NCBI GenBank assembly: GCA_034111025.1
Contig: JAWUYB010000027.1
Span: 1 to 58,100, forward strand
Direction: 5' to 3'
Source: Candidatus Altimarinota bacterium
GTDB taxonomy: Bacteria; Patescibacteriota; Gracilibacteria; BD1-5; UBA6164
DNA: 58,100 bases
The position numbers and the translations under genes are program-made. Under the pieces are notes generated by a model. That model saw only the letters and a list, made by a program, of their open reading frames with translations, was not told the DNA's origin and did not search any database. Every line of letters begins with the position of its first letter. Position 1 is the stretch's first letter. Shown piece by piece: positions 24,749 through 36,590 of the stretch.

Positions 24749-27700
24749 TTAGTCTTTCGCAAAATATGAAGGACTTGTTGACCATCTATTATCTCTTTCA
24801 ATAATTATAGGGGCTCTGACATGCTCAGTTTTAGCCGTTCTTAATCAACTAGTTCAATACGCTATTCAAGTTAAATCATATATTAGACCTCATGATGATT
24901 TTGAACTCGTTCTTGAACTAGGGAAACTTAAATCTAAACTAGAATCATATGGAACCATACCAGAAACTCAACCAAAATTACTTGCATTGACTAATGTATA
25001 CCTTCTCAAGAAAGATAAATCATATACTTTTTTGGTATCAGCGTTTGTACAATCTTGTTCAATATATGGACATTTTCACGTTTTATCTCAACTAATAGTA
25101 TTGAGAGAAAATACTGAACCATATATATGTAATTGATTTAATAATTGATCTGGAGTTTGGTAATTAGTTATAACACTTCAACTATTATCAGAAGAAACCA
25201 AAGGTCATTGAGATAATAGGAATGCATCAATATTTGTTACTTCTTCATCTATACTCATCCATCATCCTTGTGTTCAAGTGTTTAATAATCTATCCTGAGT
25301 AATTGAACTTGATATATCAACATTAACTAAACCTTTATCAGTAATAGATGCTATTAATATTTGTCAATTAGTAGAATTTGTATTTATATTCGATTTTATA
25401 GTAACTCTTCAATCCATTACAATAAGTGAATTCATTCCTGAAATATCACAAGTAGTTCAACAATCAATGGTTACATTTCATTTATAAAATGCAATTTTTT
25501 CGTTATTTATATTAAAGCTACAATCTGAATGATCACTTGAAGACATATCTAAGTTATCAATATTTCAACTACACCATTTATTTATTTTATTTACAGAGAA
25601 TATTTTCTTCTTAATTCTTTCTAATAATTCTGCTCTTGTATAAGGTCTTTCTAAATCTAGAGAAGCTAATCATACTTGAACATCATTATTTACTAAACCA
25701 TCTATTTTATTAACAAGTCCTGTGATAGCTATATCTTCTGTTAAGAAATCAACTGAACCATTTGCACTAATATTTGGGAAATAAGCACTTGCTTTTGGTT
25801 CTTCTCATACAACATTAGCTACAATTCATCTTGATATAGATGGTATGTAAGTAGTACCATCTCACGCTTGATAACCAATATATGAAACATATCCCCATGT
25901 ATCAAAACTTGCTCATGCTTTTGCTGCATATTTAGCTAAGAATGAATTGTTAATACTATTTCAAGAAAGAGTATTAAATGCATTTTTTAAAACATTATCA
26001 ATATAGAAATCTGCTCTTAGATTAGTATTTATATTATCTGCATCAAAGAATTTATCAGTAACCATATAAGTTCAGATACTAGTACCATTATTTACAATAT
26101 TTTTTGTATGTTGAGTATTTATACCATCTCTAAGAATATTTAAATCAGCAGCATGGTAAATAAACGGAGAGGCAAACTCAAAATTGAAACGTGATCATTG
26201 AGATCCTAATAATGTATCATTATAAAGTCCAGATGTAATTTTTCAATATCTATCTAAATCTGTATCTCTATTTATATCCGCTTCTAAATTAATATTATAA
26301 CGATTATTTTGTTCTTCTCTAATATTAGACTCTATATCAATTATTTTAGTTCAGTTAAAACTTAATAACTCATTTTGGTTAATTGGTAGATGAATTGATG
26401 ATAGATTTGAATGTATAATTTTATTTGTAACACTTGCTAATTCAAGTATCGCTGAATCACTCATATAATCATATCAACCAACGGTTGGTAATTTAGATGA
26501 GATACTAAATTCAAAATCTCAATTAGAATTTGCATTATTTTCTTTTAATACAACATTGTTAAGATTTACATTTCAACTCAGTTCAGTCCCTACTATATCA
26601 ACAGCATTATTATTAGCTCATCAATGTAAGTTATTAGTATGACTTGTGTTTAAACCATTTATAAAATCTAATTCTGTAGAAACATTTCTAATCTGAATTG
26701 CTCCTAAATATGCATTCCTAATCCTGTTAGAATACTTATCTCTTAATGAATAAGAAGTTGTATATTTATCAGGGCTATTTGCAGGATTATTTGCAAAAGC
26801 AGTAGTAGGCATATTAATTTTGATAGTTGAAGTACTGTTATCAATAATATTAGCCATTACTCTAAAGTTTTTGAACACTGTTGTTCAATCTATACAATTT
26901 CAAACAATATCACATATTTGATTCCCTGAAATTCAAGGAGTTTCAAATACTACTCAATAGTTTCTATAATTCCCTGTTTCAATTTCATTAATATCTGTTA
27001 CATCAACATCTGATAAATTAAATGCTGGTGAACTAACACCAGAAGTGTTAGCTGATAATAGAGCAATTTGTTGAACTGCACTATCATTATGTTTTTCAGT
27101 TTTTAATTTTATGTTTGGTGCCATATGATCATTAGCTCACCAGTTATAGTTTATTACTGTAGATTCATTTGCAGAAATCATCTTTGAATTTTTAGATGAA
27201 AGTAATAAATCATCTCAATTTGTAAAGTTTAAAGTGAATAAGCTTGGATCTGGTTTTGATTCATCCCTGTATACATAAAAGGCTTTTTCAGAATAATTTC
27301 ATGCATTATCTGTTAGACGTACATTAATAAATGTCCCATCATTACCTGTTAATTGAGAAGCAACGGTTCGTCATTTACTAAAAACAAATGTTTCTAAATC
27401 TAAGTTTTTTTGATTTGCCATATCTAGAGCTAGATCAATGATTTTTGTTTCTTGATACCCTGTAGTTCCTCATGGAACAGTATTTCATTTATAAAAATCA
27501 ATTTTATCTAGACGAGACACATGATTAATGTGTGATTTTCCACCATAAGTATCAGTCGCTCAATCCAAAGCAACATTTATTACTGGACTTGGACTAGGTG
27601 GTAAACCACCTTGTTTATATCTAATTTGTGATACATCTCATTGATTATATACTTTTTCAGATGCAGTAGAAACATTATCACTATAACTAGACATTAATGG

Positions 27701-29086
27701 ATGTGTTAGTCCAAGATCATCAGATGATACATGATTAATTCATAGAGTTTCTGGTTTCGTTCAAGTATAAACTTCTTCATTTATATACTGCCCTAAACTT
27801 TTTTCCGTAAAAACAAAATCTCAAAATTTAGGAGCAGTTTTATCAACTTTATATATAAATTGTTGTTTAGAAATGTTATGAGCATTATCCATAGCATAAG
27901 TATCAATAGTCAATACTCATTCTCATATTATTTGAAATCCCATTCCATTAGTTATTGTAGATAAGTCATCTACTCAACCATTGATAGGCAGTGTGGCTAT
28001 TGATCATACTTTAGTAAATTTTTTATCAATACATGGTCAACCTGTTATTTCATCTTTATGTGAGCTACACCATGTTAATTTATAATTAGTTTCTGGTGAC
28101 ATTCATGCAAATAATCCATCATCGAAAGCTGTACTAGTAGATCAAGCAGTTGGCCAGTTTCAAACAGCAACAGGAGGTGTATATGTAATTGGTTTTGTTT
28201 CGGAACATGACGCGGTTAAACCTCCATTTGTACCTTTACATTTCCAAGTCCATGCAATAGTTCAACTAACTGAAGATGCACTATCTAAACTTCAAATTGA
28301 ACAATTATAATGAGTAGCACTACAAGAACCATTCTCTGCTACGACTGGTATGGTACGTGAACATGTTTCACTTTGCCCACCATTTAATCCTGAACATTCC
28401 CATTTATATTGAGTAGAACTATCAGGTAAATCTATATAAGATCCGGCTGTACATATCATATTACTTGGATCTATTGAACAAACTCAGGCTACTGCATAAG
28501 CTTCACACTTATTTCAAACTTGGTTATATCATGAATCACAAACGTCTACAACACAACTATCTGTTCATGTATCATAACGATTACATTCTAAATATTGTGT
28601 AGTAGAAAGATTCTTTTTACAAGAATCATATGTTGAAGTACAACTATCTCCATTATTAGGCATTGGATTACAGACAGAAACCCAAAATAGATCTGCTGCT
28701 ACTACTTCTCAAAATTGTTGCCGTGTTTTAGCATAATTTGTTTGAAATTTTCAAGTACCATTAGTTATAGTACAAGTTGGTGTAGTAGGAATAGTATTTG
28801 TACAGTCTGTACTATTGTAAAAAGTTCCTCATTCATAATTACATTCAGTAATATCCATAAAATTGATACAAAGTCATCTATCATAACATGAACCTATATC
28901 AAAATTACATTGAGCATTATGTTCTGGGTAAAAATCACAGCAGGCAACCTGTGAAATGCTTATTATATCATTACCAAATTGATTAGGGTTTCATGTATGA
29001 CATGCCATAAGAGCATTACTCTGATTATTTCAAAAAGAAATATAACAAATAATTAGAATCAGAATGAGAGATAAATATTTTTTCAT
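24749..29086 (-). CDS. Giant secreted Cys-rich surface protein (putative adhesin), 1445 aa
   Basis: A 4338-nt frame runs from ATG (29084-29086) to TAA (24749-24751) with TGA read-through. The longest standard-code ORF inside it is 85 codons (track 26621-26878, in frame). Signal peptide: MKKYLSLILILIICYISF. An EGF-like module CVVDVCDSGYNQVGNKCEA is present, along with two repeats, YKWECSGLNGGQSETCS and WTWKCKGTNGGLTASCS. The C-terminal motif is LHIYGSVFSLNTISGDKTGKCPYIEQDC. Confidence 0.7.
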
Positions 29087-29155
29087 AATATTTGATTAAA
29101 TATAAGTTTAATTTTATTGTAGCAGATTATAGATTAACTAGCAATTAAAGGAGTA

Positions 29156-29455
29156 TTAATTTCCTATGATTGTATTCACTAATTTTTTTTGTGATATACA
29201 ATAATCCATTGCTTGTTTATTAGATAATATATCACAATTTATATTTAGTATTTCTCTAATTCATCTTTTTTGTTGTATCTCAATTAATTCTGATAGTTGT
29301 TTATCATGCATCTTTGGAATATTAGGGTTATCAGAATACTGATCTAATATTTTATTATTTTGATTATAAATAATCATAAAACCTATAGCTATGAATCATA
29401 CTAAAATTATGACTCATATTATGAATGATCTATTTTTATGATGTTTTTTAGACAT
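29156..29455 (-). CDS. Small single-pass membrane protein, 99 aa
   Basis: MSKKHHKNRSFIIGVIILVGFIAIGFMIIY.. with frame ATG 29455 to TAA 29156. It lies between the two Cys-rich genes. Confidence 0.45.
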
Positions 29456-29474
29456 AATTTATTATTAAAAAATA

Positions 29475-31577
29475 TTAGTTTCCTAAAGTATCTGGACTTC
29501 CTAATTTACTAGTTCAGATAATAAATGGGTTTGAACAACTTTTTTGAACAAGCAATGATGCTTCTCATCCAGTAATGCTTCATTCATTATAAATACTTTC
29601 TCAAGTAGCAAGAGATGATTTTAAATTAAGCATGTTACATGCACTTATATTAGTTGTATTACTTGAGTCAGTTACATCTGAACAAGACACTAGTTTATAT
29701 TCACTTCATAATATACACCCTCATACATATCAAATATTATACCAATCATATATTACTGGCATAGCTTCACATGTACTTGAATCTGCAGATAATACATAAC
29801 CAGAATCACAATCAAATTTACATACACTATCATCAGTTATTGCTATACCATCACATTCATATTTAGCATAGGTACCATCAGCTAAAACAGGAGATTTCCA
29901 AACTTTACCTGCTACAGTTGGACAGGTTCCAGTTCAGTTTTGAATATATTGAGTACATAATACTTCGTTCGGATTAACTCCATCGTTCATAATAAAGCTT
30001 CAGTCTATAGTTGAATTATACCATGTATCAGCATCAAAACTTGAATCAAAAACTGAAGTAGCTTGTTCTTTATAGTCATTATCATACTTATATGTAGAAA
30101 CAGGTCTAAAGGTTGGACCTGAGTTATCAATTCTAATTGCGTATGTTTTATTAAATAATTCTGATTTATTAGCATCTAGACTTATTGCATCTATTAATGA
30201 TCTTGCCGCATCATAAGCAGTTATTTTTAAATAATTTTCTCATTCTCATAAACAATCATCTAATCTTGTTTTTCAAAATAATGTTTTTAAAGAAACTATT
30301 CAACTCATTCCATATACACTTGATGTATATGCATTAATTGTTAATTCTGAATATGCTGGATCAATTCAATTCGAAGTATTTACACTGGATAATAAATCAG
30401 TTAAAGCCAATCATGTAAAATCATAATATGCTGAACATCTTCATAAGTCTACTTGTACTTTAGATAGACCTGAGACATCTTTGACAGTTATAGAAAAATT
30501 GTCTACAAGATCTAATCAATCTGTCTTATTGTAATGTTCACAACCAGGAGTATTAATATTAGTATTTGATCCATATGTTCAAGAAAAAGGAGCAATTGCT
30601 TTATATTTATTAAGATTACACCATTTTATTGTATCAGTTTGTAATGAACCATAACTTGCCGTAATAGTTGGTCATGCAGAATCGATTTTTGCATACCTTC
30701 ATTCAGCAGTACACGTATTTTTTGATTCCCTAATATTCCTCCTAAATATTCAAGCTCATATTTGATTTACCGTATTGGAATCTAGGTAATTATTTAATGA
30801 TTGAAATTTATTACAAACCCCATTGCTACCTGCTGTTGAATAGTATGAACTATTTAAAATATCACATGTACTTAACTGAATATTTTTAGCTGGTGTATGG
30901 TTTGTTCATTCAGCTGTAGTTATACATTTAATATTGCTATCAGTTCATAATATAGCATGATCTGAAGGAACTGTTATTAAATCTTTTAAATTATAAGTTT
31001 TAGTATCCTTATTTTTATCGTAATATGTTGATGATGTAAAAATTGGAGTTGTTTTTGATAATGTTTGACAACCATTAGCACCTGTTCTACATGACTTATA
31101 AGTATTACATACTGTCCCGTTTTCAGTATTCCACTCTAAACAACTAGAACTTGTAGTTTTACAGCTAGTATTTCTTAATTCTGTTCATACATTATTCCAA
31201 GTAATAAAAAAATCATTACAACTTTCTCACAAAGGTATCCATTGTACATATCATTTGTTTGTACATTTTTCCATTAATTCCTGATTATATTCTGTACATA
31301 TACTAGGTCATAGAATTTTACAAGTTGTATTCACTTGATCATATATATCACAACCACAAGCACTATTGACTCATAATTTATTTAATAAACAAGAGGCTGT
31401 TGAACACGAATATCATGTTTTGTAGTTATTTTCTGAATTTGCACATGTTTGCTCTGGACTTACTCAAGAGCTTTGTACAATAGTTCATGGAACATAACCA
31501 GCACTTACAATATTATTGATAAATAATGTAAATAATAATGATAAAAATAGTACTCAAAATACATATTTTATTTTCAT
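29475..31577 (-). CDS. Secreted Cys-rich protein, 700 aa (shares modules with the 1445-aa protein)
   Basis: Signal peptide MKIKYVFGVLFLSLLFTLFINNIVSA. Many Cys residues are present. IDNSGPTF parallels VDKTAPKF in the giant protein. The C-terminal EGF-like module is VCKFDCDSGYVLSADSSTCEA. Frame runs from ATG 31577 to TAA 29475-29477. Confidence 0.65.
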
Positions 31578-31804
31578 GACATCTAAAGTTAATATTAAAT
31601 ATATTCATAATACGATTTATAGTAACATTTTTTATATTAAAACCAAAATAAACAAATAAAAAAGTCTTGCATATTGCTATATTTATCTTTTGTTGTGTAT
31701 ATATAATAATTATCTTTAAATATTCTGAAAAAATAGCTTATTTTTTTGCAAGTTATTTTTTTATATGTTAGGATATGAATGTATGTTATTTATAAAAATA
31801 AAAC

Positions 31805-33076
31805 ATGAAAAAAAGTATCTTTTTACGCTTAGAACTACAAGTAATTCTTTCATTGATTTTTGCAATATTTGTATGAATTTATATTCCTCAAATATTACCT
31901 TATATTGAATGGATGTGAGTAATGTTTATGACTGGATTAAAAGTATTTTTAGGGCCATTGTTATTCTTTTCAATTACTACAGCTATATTAAGTTTAGGTG
32001 ATTTTAAAAAATTATGAAATATTGGTGCAAGAACATTCGGATACTATATGCTAACTACTACTTTAGCAATATCTACTTCTCTGGTTCTGATGAATATATT
32101 ATCTCCAGGTAAAAATTCTAGCCTATGAGATGAAATAGAGTTTAATTCAGCTCAAGTACAAGAATTATCTTTTACACAATTTTTACAAGATTTAATACCA
32201 TCGAATATTTTAACAGCATTTGTAGAATTTAATGCAATGCAAATTGTAACCTGTGGTATAATATTAGGGATATCTTTATTAGCACTTTGAAAAATTAAAA
32301 AAGTTAATGAGATTAATTCTTTATTTAGTACATTAAATGAATGAATATTAAAATTTATAGGATTTGTAATTAAATTAACTCCATTTGGTGTATTTGCTAT
32401 TGTAATGAAAGTCGTAGTCGAAAATTGATCAAATGTAATGTTGGATTTAATACCTTTTGTGGTAGTAATATTACTCGCATTATTTATACATGCCTGTATT
32501 ATTCTTCCTTTCATTGGTTTTATAATTTGAGGATTTGATCCATTTAAATATTTTTGGAAAGTCAAGGAAGCAGTTTTAGTATGATTTTCTACTGCTTCAA
32601 GTAGTGCCACTATGTGATTATCTATGTCAGTTGCTAAAAATAAAGCAAAATTATCTGATGAAGTAGTTGACTTTAGTTTTCCTATTTGAACAACCATTAA
32701 CATGGATGGTACAGCTTTATACCAAGCATGAGTTGCTATATTTATTGCTCAAGTATTCTGAGTAGATTTATCAATTGCTCAACAATTAACAGTTGTAGTT
32801 GTAGTAATCCTTGCATCAATTGGAGCAGCATGAGTTCCATGAGCTGGAATACTAATATTAACTACTGTATTCCTAAGTGTTTGATTACCAGTTGAAGCTA
32901 TATGAATAATACTGGCTGTAGATAGGATATTAGATATGTTTAGAACTGCTGTAAATGTATGGTGAGATCTACTTACTGCGAAAGTTGTGGATAAATTTTA
33001 TAGAAATACTCTTGCTCATACTGTAATGGAAAACATACCAAATAAAGATATAAAAAAAGCTCTAAAAGATATATAA
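31805..33076 (+). CDS. Dicarboxylate/amino acid:cation symporter (DAACS family), 423 aa
   Basis: FPIGTTINMDGTALYQAGVAIFIAQ, ASIGAAGVPGAGIL and AVDRILDMFRTAVNVWGD are classic GltP/SstT-type motifs. Track ORF 32152-32703 on the minus strand is antisense to this gene and spurious. Confidence 0.85.
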
Positions 33077-33090
33077 TAAACAAAGTAATT

Positions 33091-33127
33091 AAAAAGATAT
33101 AAAAACTTGATTTTATATCTTTTTTTT
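33091..33127 (+). terminator. Rho-independent terminator
   Basis: Stem aaagatataaaa (33093-33104) pairs with ttttatatcttt (33111-33122), followed by a T-run. Confidence 0.65.
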
Positions 33128-33242
33128 ATAAAATACTCTTGCTTCTAAACCCACGACAAGTGGTTGTGGACTTTATTCTGAGTGTAAAACAAAATGGATA
33201 AAGAGACATAAATCAAATATTTATTTATATAATAATATAACA

Positions 33243-33707
33243 ATGGCTAAAGAAATAAAAGGATATATTAAATTGCAAATTAATGGTGGACAAGCTACGC
33301 CAGCTCCACCAGTTGGACCTGCTCTAGGTCAATATGGAGTACCTATTCAAGAATTTACTTCACAATTCAATGATAGAACTAAAGATAAAATGGGTGTTAA
33401 ATTACCTGTTATCATTACTGTGTACGAAGATAGAACATTTGATTTCGTTGTAAAACAACCACCAATGTCTACTCTTATTATGTCAAAACTAAATATTAAA
33501 AAGGGTTCTGGAGTTCCTCAAAAAGATAAAGTTGGGAATTTAACTTTTGATCAAGTTAAAGAAATTGCAGAAGAAAAAATGCCAGATTTAAACGCTGTTG
33601 ATATTGCTGGTGCAATGAAAATAGTTCAAGGTACTGCTAGAGCTTCAGGTGTTACTACTGAAATTGACGGTATGACAAAAGAAGAAGTTGCTGCTAAATT
33701 AGCGTAA
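33243..33707 (+). CDS. rplK: 50S ribosomal protein L11, 154 aa
   Basis: The ORF is intact in the track with no TGA. MAKEIKGYIKLQINGGQATPAPPVGPALGQYGV... is the canonical L11 N-terminus. Confidence 0.95.
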   Translation: MAKEIKGYIKLQINGGQATPAPPVGPALGQYGVPIQEFTSQFNDRTKDKMGVKLPVIITVYEDRTFDFVVKQPPMSTLIMSKLNIKKGSGVPQKDKVGNLTFDQVKEIAEEKMPDLNAVDIAGAMKIVQGTARASGVTTEIDGMTKEEVAAKLA

Positions 33708-33716
33708 TTAACTCAA

Positions 33717-33751
33717 ATAAAAAAAGATATTCTTAATTGAATATCTTTTTT
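33717..33751. terminator. Hairpin terminator after rplK
   Basis: Stem aagatattc (33723-31) pairs with gaatatctt (33738-46), with an A-run and a T-run. Confidence 0.6.
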
Positions 33752-33755
33752 ATTT

Positions 33756-34127
33756 ATTAGTAACATGATAAAAATTTAGTTTATTTCAATCTAAATCTCT
33801 AAAATATCATGCATAAAATCCACTATCTCCTCTAGATCAAGGTTTTCCATCATCTATTCATCCTAATTCAATAGCTTTGTTATACAATCTATTTACTTCT
33901 TCAATAGAATTTAACTCAAGTGCTATCATTGAACCATTTCATATAGTTGCAGATTCTTTATCAAATGGCTTTGTAACTGAAAATCCTGGAGTATTATCTC
34001 ATCTAGACCAAGCAACAAATCTCTCCATTTCTATAAATCTTTTTGCTCAAATTTCTCAAAGTAAATTATCATAAAATTTTATAGCTTCATCAAATTTATT
34101 TGTTCAAATAGTAGTATATCCTATCAT
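33756..34127 (-). CDS. VOC (glyoxalase/bleomycin-resistance fold) family protein, 123 aa
   Basis: MIGYTTIGTNKFDEAIKFYDNLLGEIGAKR...GFYAGYFRDLDGNK. The frame is recovered with about 9 TGA read as Gly. Confidence 0.6.
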
Positions 34128-34156
34128 TTTGTATTATGTTATTAATATAAACTTTT

Positions 34157-34789
34157 TTATATAATTTCAGTAATTTTTTCAATTGGGAACCTAACTTTAG
34201 CTAGCGCAGAATATTTATCATCTGAAGCTCTATACCCTATTGGCATAACAACTACTGTTGAGAATCATTTTTCAGTTAGTCCTAATATTTCATCATATTT
34301 ACTTGGAACTATTCCCTCCATAGCACAGCTATCAATTTTCATTTCAGCTAGTACCGTCATAATATTTCCTAGAGCAATATAGATTTGTTTATTAGCCCAA
34401 ATATTTTTTTCTTCAACTGACATTCTTGATAAAAATCCTAACATCATTTGTTTATATTCTTCTAAACTATCTATTGCTACATTTCTAGTTATAGAAATAT
34501 CATTTATAAATTCTTGGACAAGAGTTTCATTATCAATATTATTTCTAGCAAAAACTAAATGAAGTGGTGCATCTACTACTTGTTTTTGAAACCAACTATG
34601 CTCTAATAAAGCTTGTTTTTTATCTGAATCTTTTACTACAAACAATTTCCATGGTTGTAAACCAAAAGAAGATGCAGATAATCTAAAGGCTTCTAAAATT
34701 TTTTCTAAATCAGCCTCACTAATGTTTTTTGATGAATCAAATGTTTTTGTAGCATATCTCCAATTAAGGTCGTCTATAATTTTGCTCAT
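34157..34789 (-). CDS. NAD(P)H nitroreductase family protein, 210 aa
   Basis: Track ORF 34265-34789 continues 36 codons through a single TGA to TAA at 34157-34159. Motifs: RYATKTFD, SASSFGLQPWKLFVV, VVMPIGY. Confidence 0.8.
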
Positions 34790-34930
34790 GTTTTAAATTT
34801 TATATATAAATCACTATACTTTATATAGTAATTTTATTTTATATATATTCTATACTTTTACAAGTTTTTTTATTGAATTTTATCTAAAAATATCTAAGAT
34901 AGTAATAATAACACCATAATAATAAAAACT

Positions 34931-35248
34931 ATGAGTGAAAAGTGTAATTGAAATAGTATATGTCCTATTATGACTTTAATATCGTTCATTTCAAAAAAAT
35001 GGGTATTACTTATTTTAAAGTCGATTCATGAAGGCTGTGTTTCATATACAGATATTGAAAAAAGTCTTCCTCAAATAAATCCAAGAATATTATGTAATCG
35101 TCTTATCGAGTTACAAGATTTTTGATTCATTGAAAAGAAAATTATCTCTCAATCCCCTCTTAGATCTGTTTATTGTCTCACTAAAAAGTGAGAAAGTTTT
35201 TCTATAAATATTGATACAATGATCGAATGGACAAAAAAATGGATGTAA
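34931..35248 (+). CDS. HxlR-family winged-helix transcriptional regulator, 105 aa
   Basis: CPIMTLISFISKKWVLLILKSIHEG..RILCNRLIELQDFGFIEKK. The gene is divergent from the nitroreductase, a common pairing. Confidence 0.7.
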
Positions 35249-35272
35249 TAATTTATAAATAATATTTTTCAT

Positions 35273-36043
35273 ATGAAGTCAGAGAAAAAAACATCATTTT
35301 ATAAATATATTAAAAAAAATAAAAAAACACTTAATGAGTTATCTATAATAGTAAATATATTTTTCTTATTTATTTTATTATTTGAGTTCTTTGTTCCTAA
35401 CAGTATTGTACTTAGAGATATCCAAATAATATTATGATGACTATTTGTATGAGAATTATTTTTAAGAATAGCAATACATAAATATAAATTTTCATATATC
35501 TTTAATATCTTTAACATTATCGATTTAGCAATAATAGGAGCAATTTTTATAAGATATTTTTATTGAGATCATGCATTATTACATTTTTTTACTGCTCTTA
35601 AGATACTCAGATCATATAGAGTAATTCATGATTTATCTAATGCTAATAAATTCATAGATAAAAATAAAGATTTAATATTTTCAGTATTAAATCTAGTGAT
35701 ATTTACTTTTTTCATGGCAAGTTTAGTCTTTGTATTTCAAGTCAAGCAAAACAATTGAATTAACTCGTTTTTAGATGCTTTATACTTTACATTAGCAACT
35801 CTAACTACTACGGGATTTTGAGATATTACAGTTATCTGAGATACGGGGAAAATATTAGCAATCATTATTATGACTTTAGGTACAGGTTTATTTTTAAGGC
35901 TTGTTACTGTCATATTTCGTCCAATAAAAAAATATACTCCATGTAAACATTGTTGATTAAAAAGACATGAAAAAGATGCTTCTCATTGTAAACATTGTTG
36001 AAAAATTGTTTATATAGAAAATGACTGAGAATCGATTGATTAA
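35273..36043 (+). CDS. Potassium channel (voltage-sensor-like TMs + pore) with C-terminal double CxxC zinc-ribbon, 256 aa
   Basis: The selectivity filter TLTTTGFGD is encoded act-act-acg-gga-ttt-TGA-gat (35806-35826). The C-terminus reads PCKHCGLKRHEKDASHCKHCGKIVY. Confidence 0.8.
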
Positions 36044-36056
36044 AAAAACACTGATA

Positions 36057-36577
36057 TTTAACTGCCCCCTAAAAAGTAGAGTGAAATAAAAAAACACTCT
36101 ACTTTTTTTGTATTTGAAATATAATAGAAGAAAGTAATTACTTTGTAATTAAAAACTTATGGCAAAAATTAAATATACAAGAGAACAAATAAGAGAATTA
36201 AAGAAAAATAAATATGTAAAAGAACTCTACAAAAAAAACTCACGGACACTATCCCTAAATCTGTAATTTTTGAAATAATATTTTGATTATCAAAAATATA
36301 TGATCTAGAAATACTTTGTCATATAGCTCAAGTATCAATTTCTTGATATTACAAACAGTAAAATAACTCTGAAAAACAACTATTAAGTGAGCGTTAATAC
36401 ACTCAGATCAATGATTCAATTATACTTATCCATCATTCAGAATATTATTAGAAAAATCATGATACATTCAATCAATGTCGAGAAAATGAAATTGTATTGA
36501 TAATGCTCCGACTGAATCATTTGATAAATTTATAAACTGTTTTTTATTTCCACTACACTTTTATAGGATCAGTTCAA
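36057..36577 (+). mobile_element. Decayed, internally deleted IS3-family (IS150-like) element, remnant A
   Basis: The ends are inverted: left tttaactgccccc... (36057-) and right ...gatcagttcaa (ending 36577). Inside are an orfA start MAKIKYTREQIRELKKNKYVKE (ATG 36159) and a transposase C-terminal fragment YIQSMSRKGNCIDNAPTESF (about 36464-36530, with TGA at the conserved Gly of SRKGNC). The frames are broken by TAA/TAG. Confidence 0.65.
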
Positions 36578-36590
36578 TATCAGTGTTTTT

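Noticed and set aside
32152-32703. 183-aa minus-strand ORF in the track.
   Set aside because: It is antisense to a clear DAACS symporter gene (NMDGTALYQ and AGVPGAGIL motifs on the plus strand). The sequence is low-complexity with no recognisable family.
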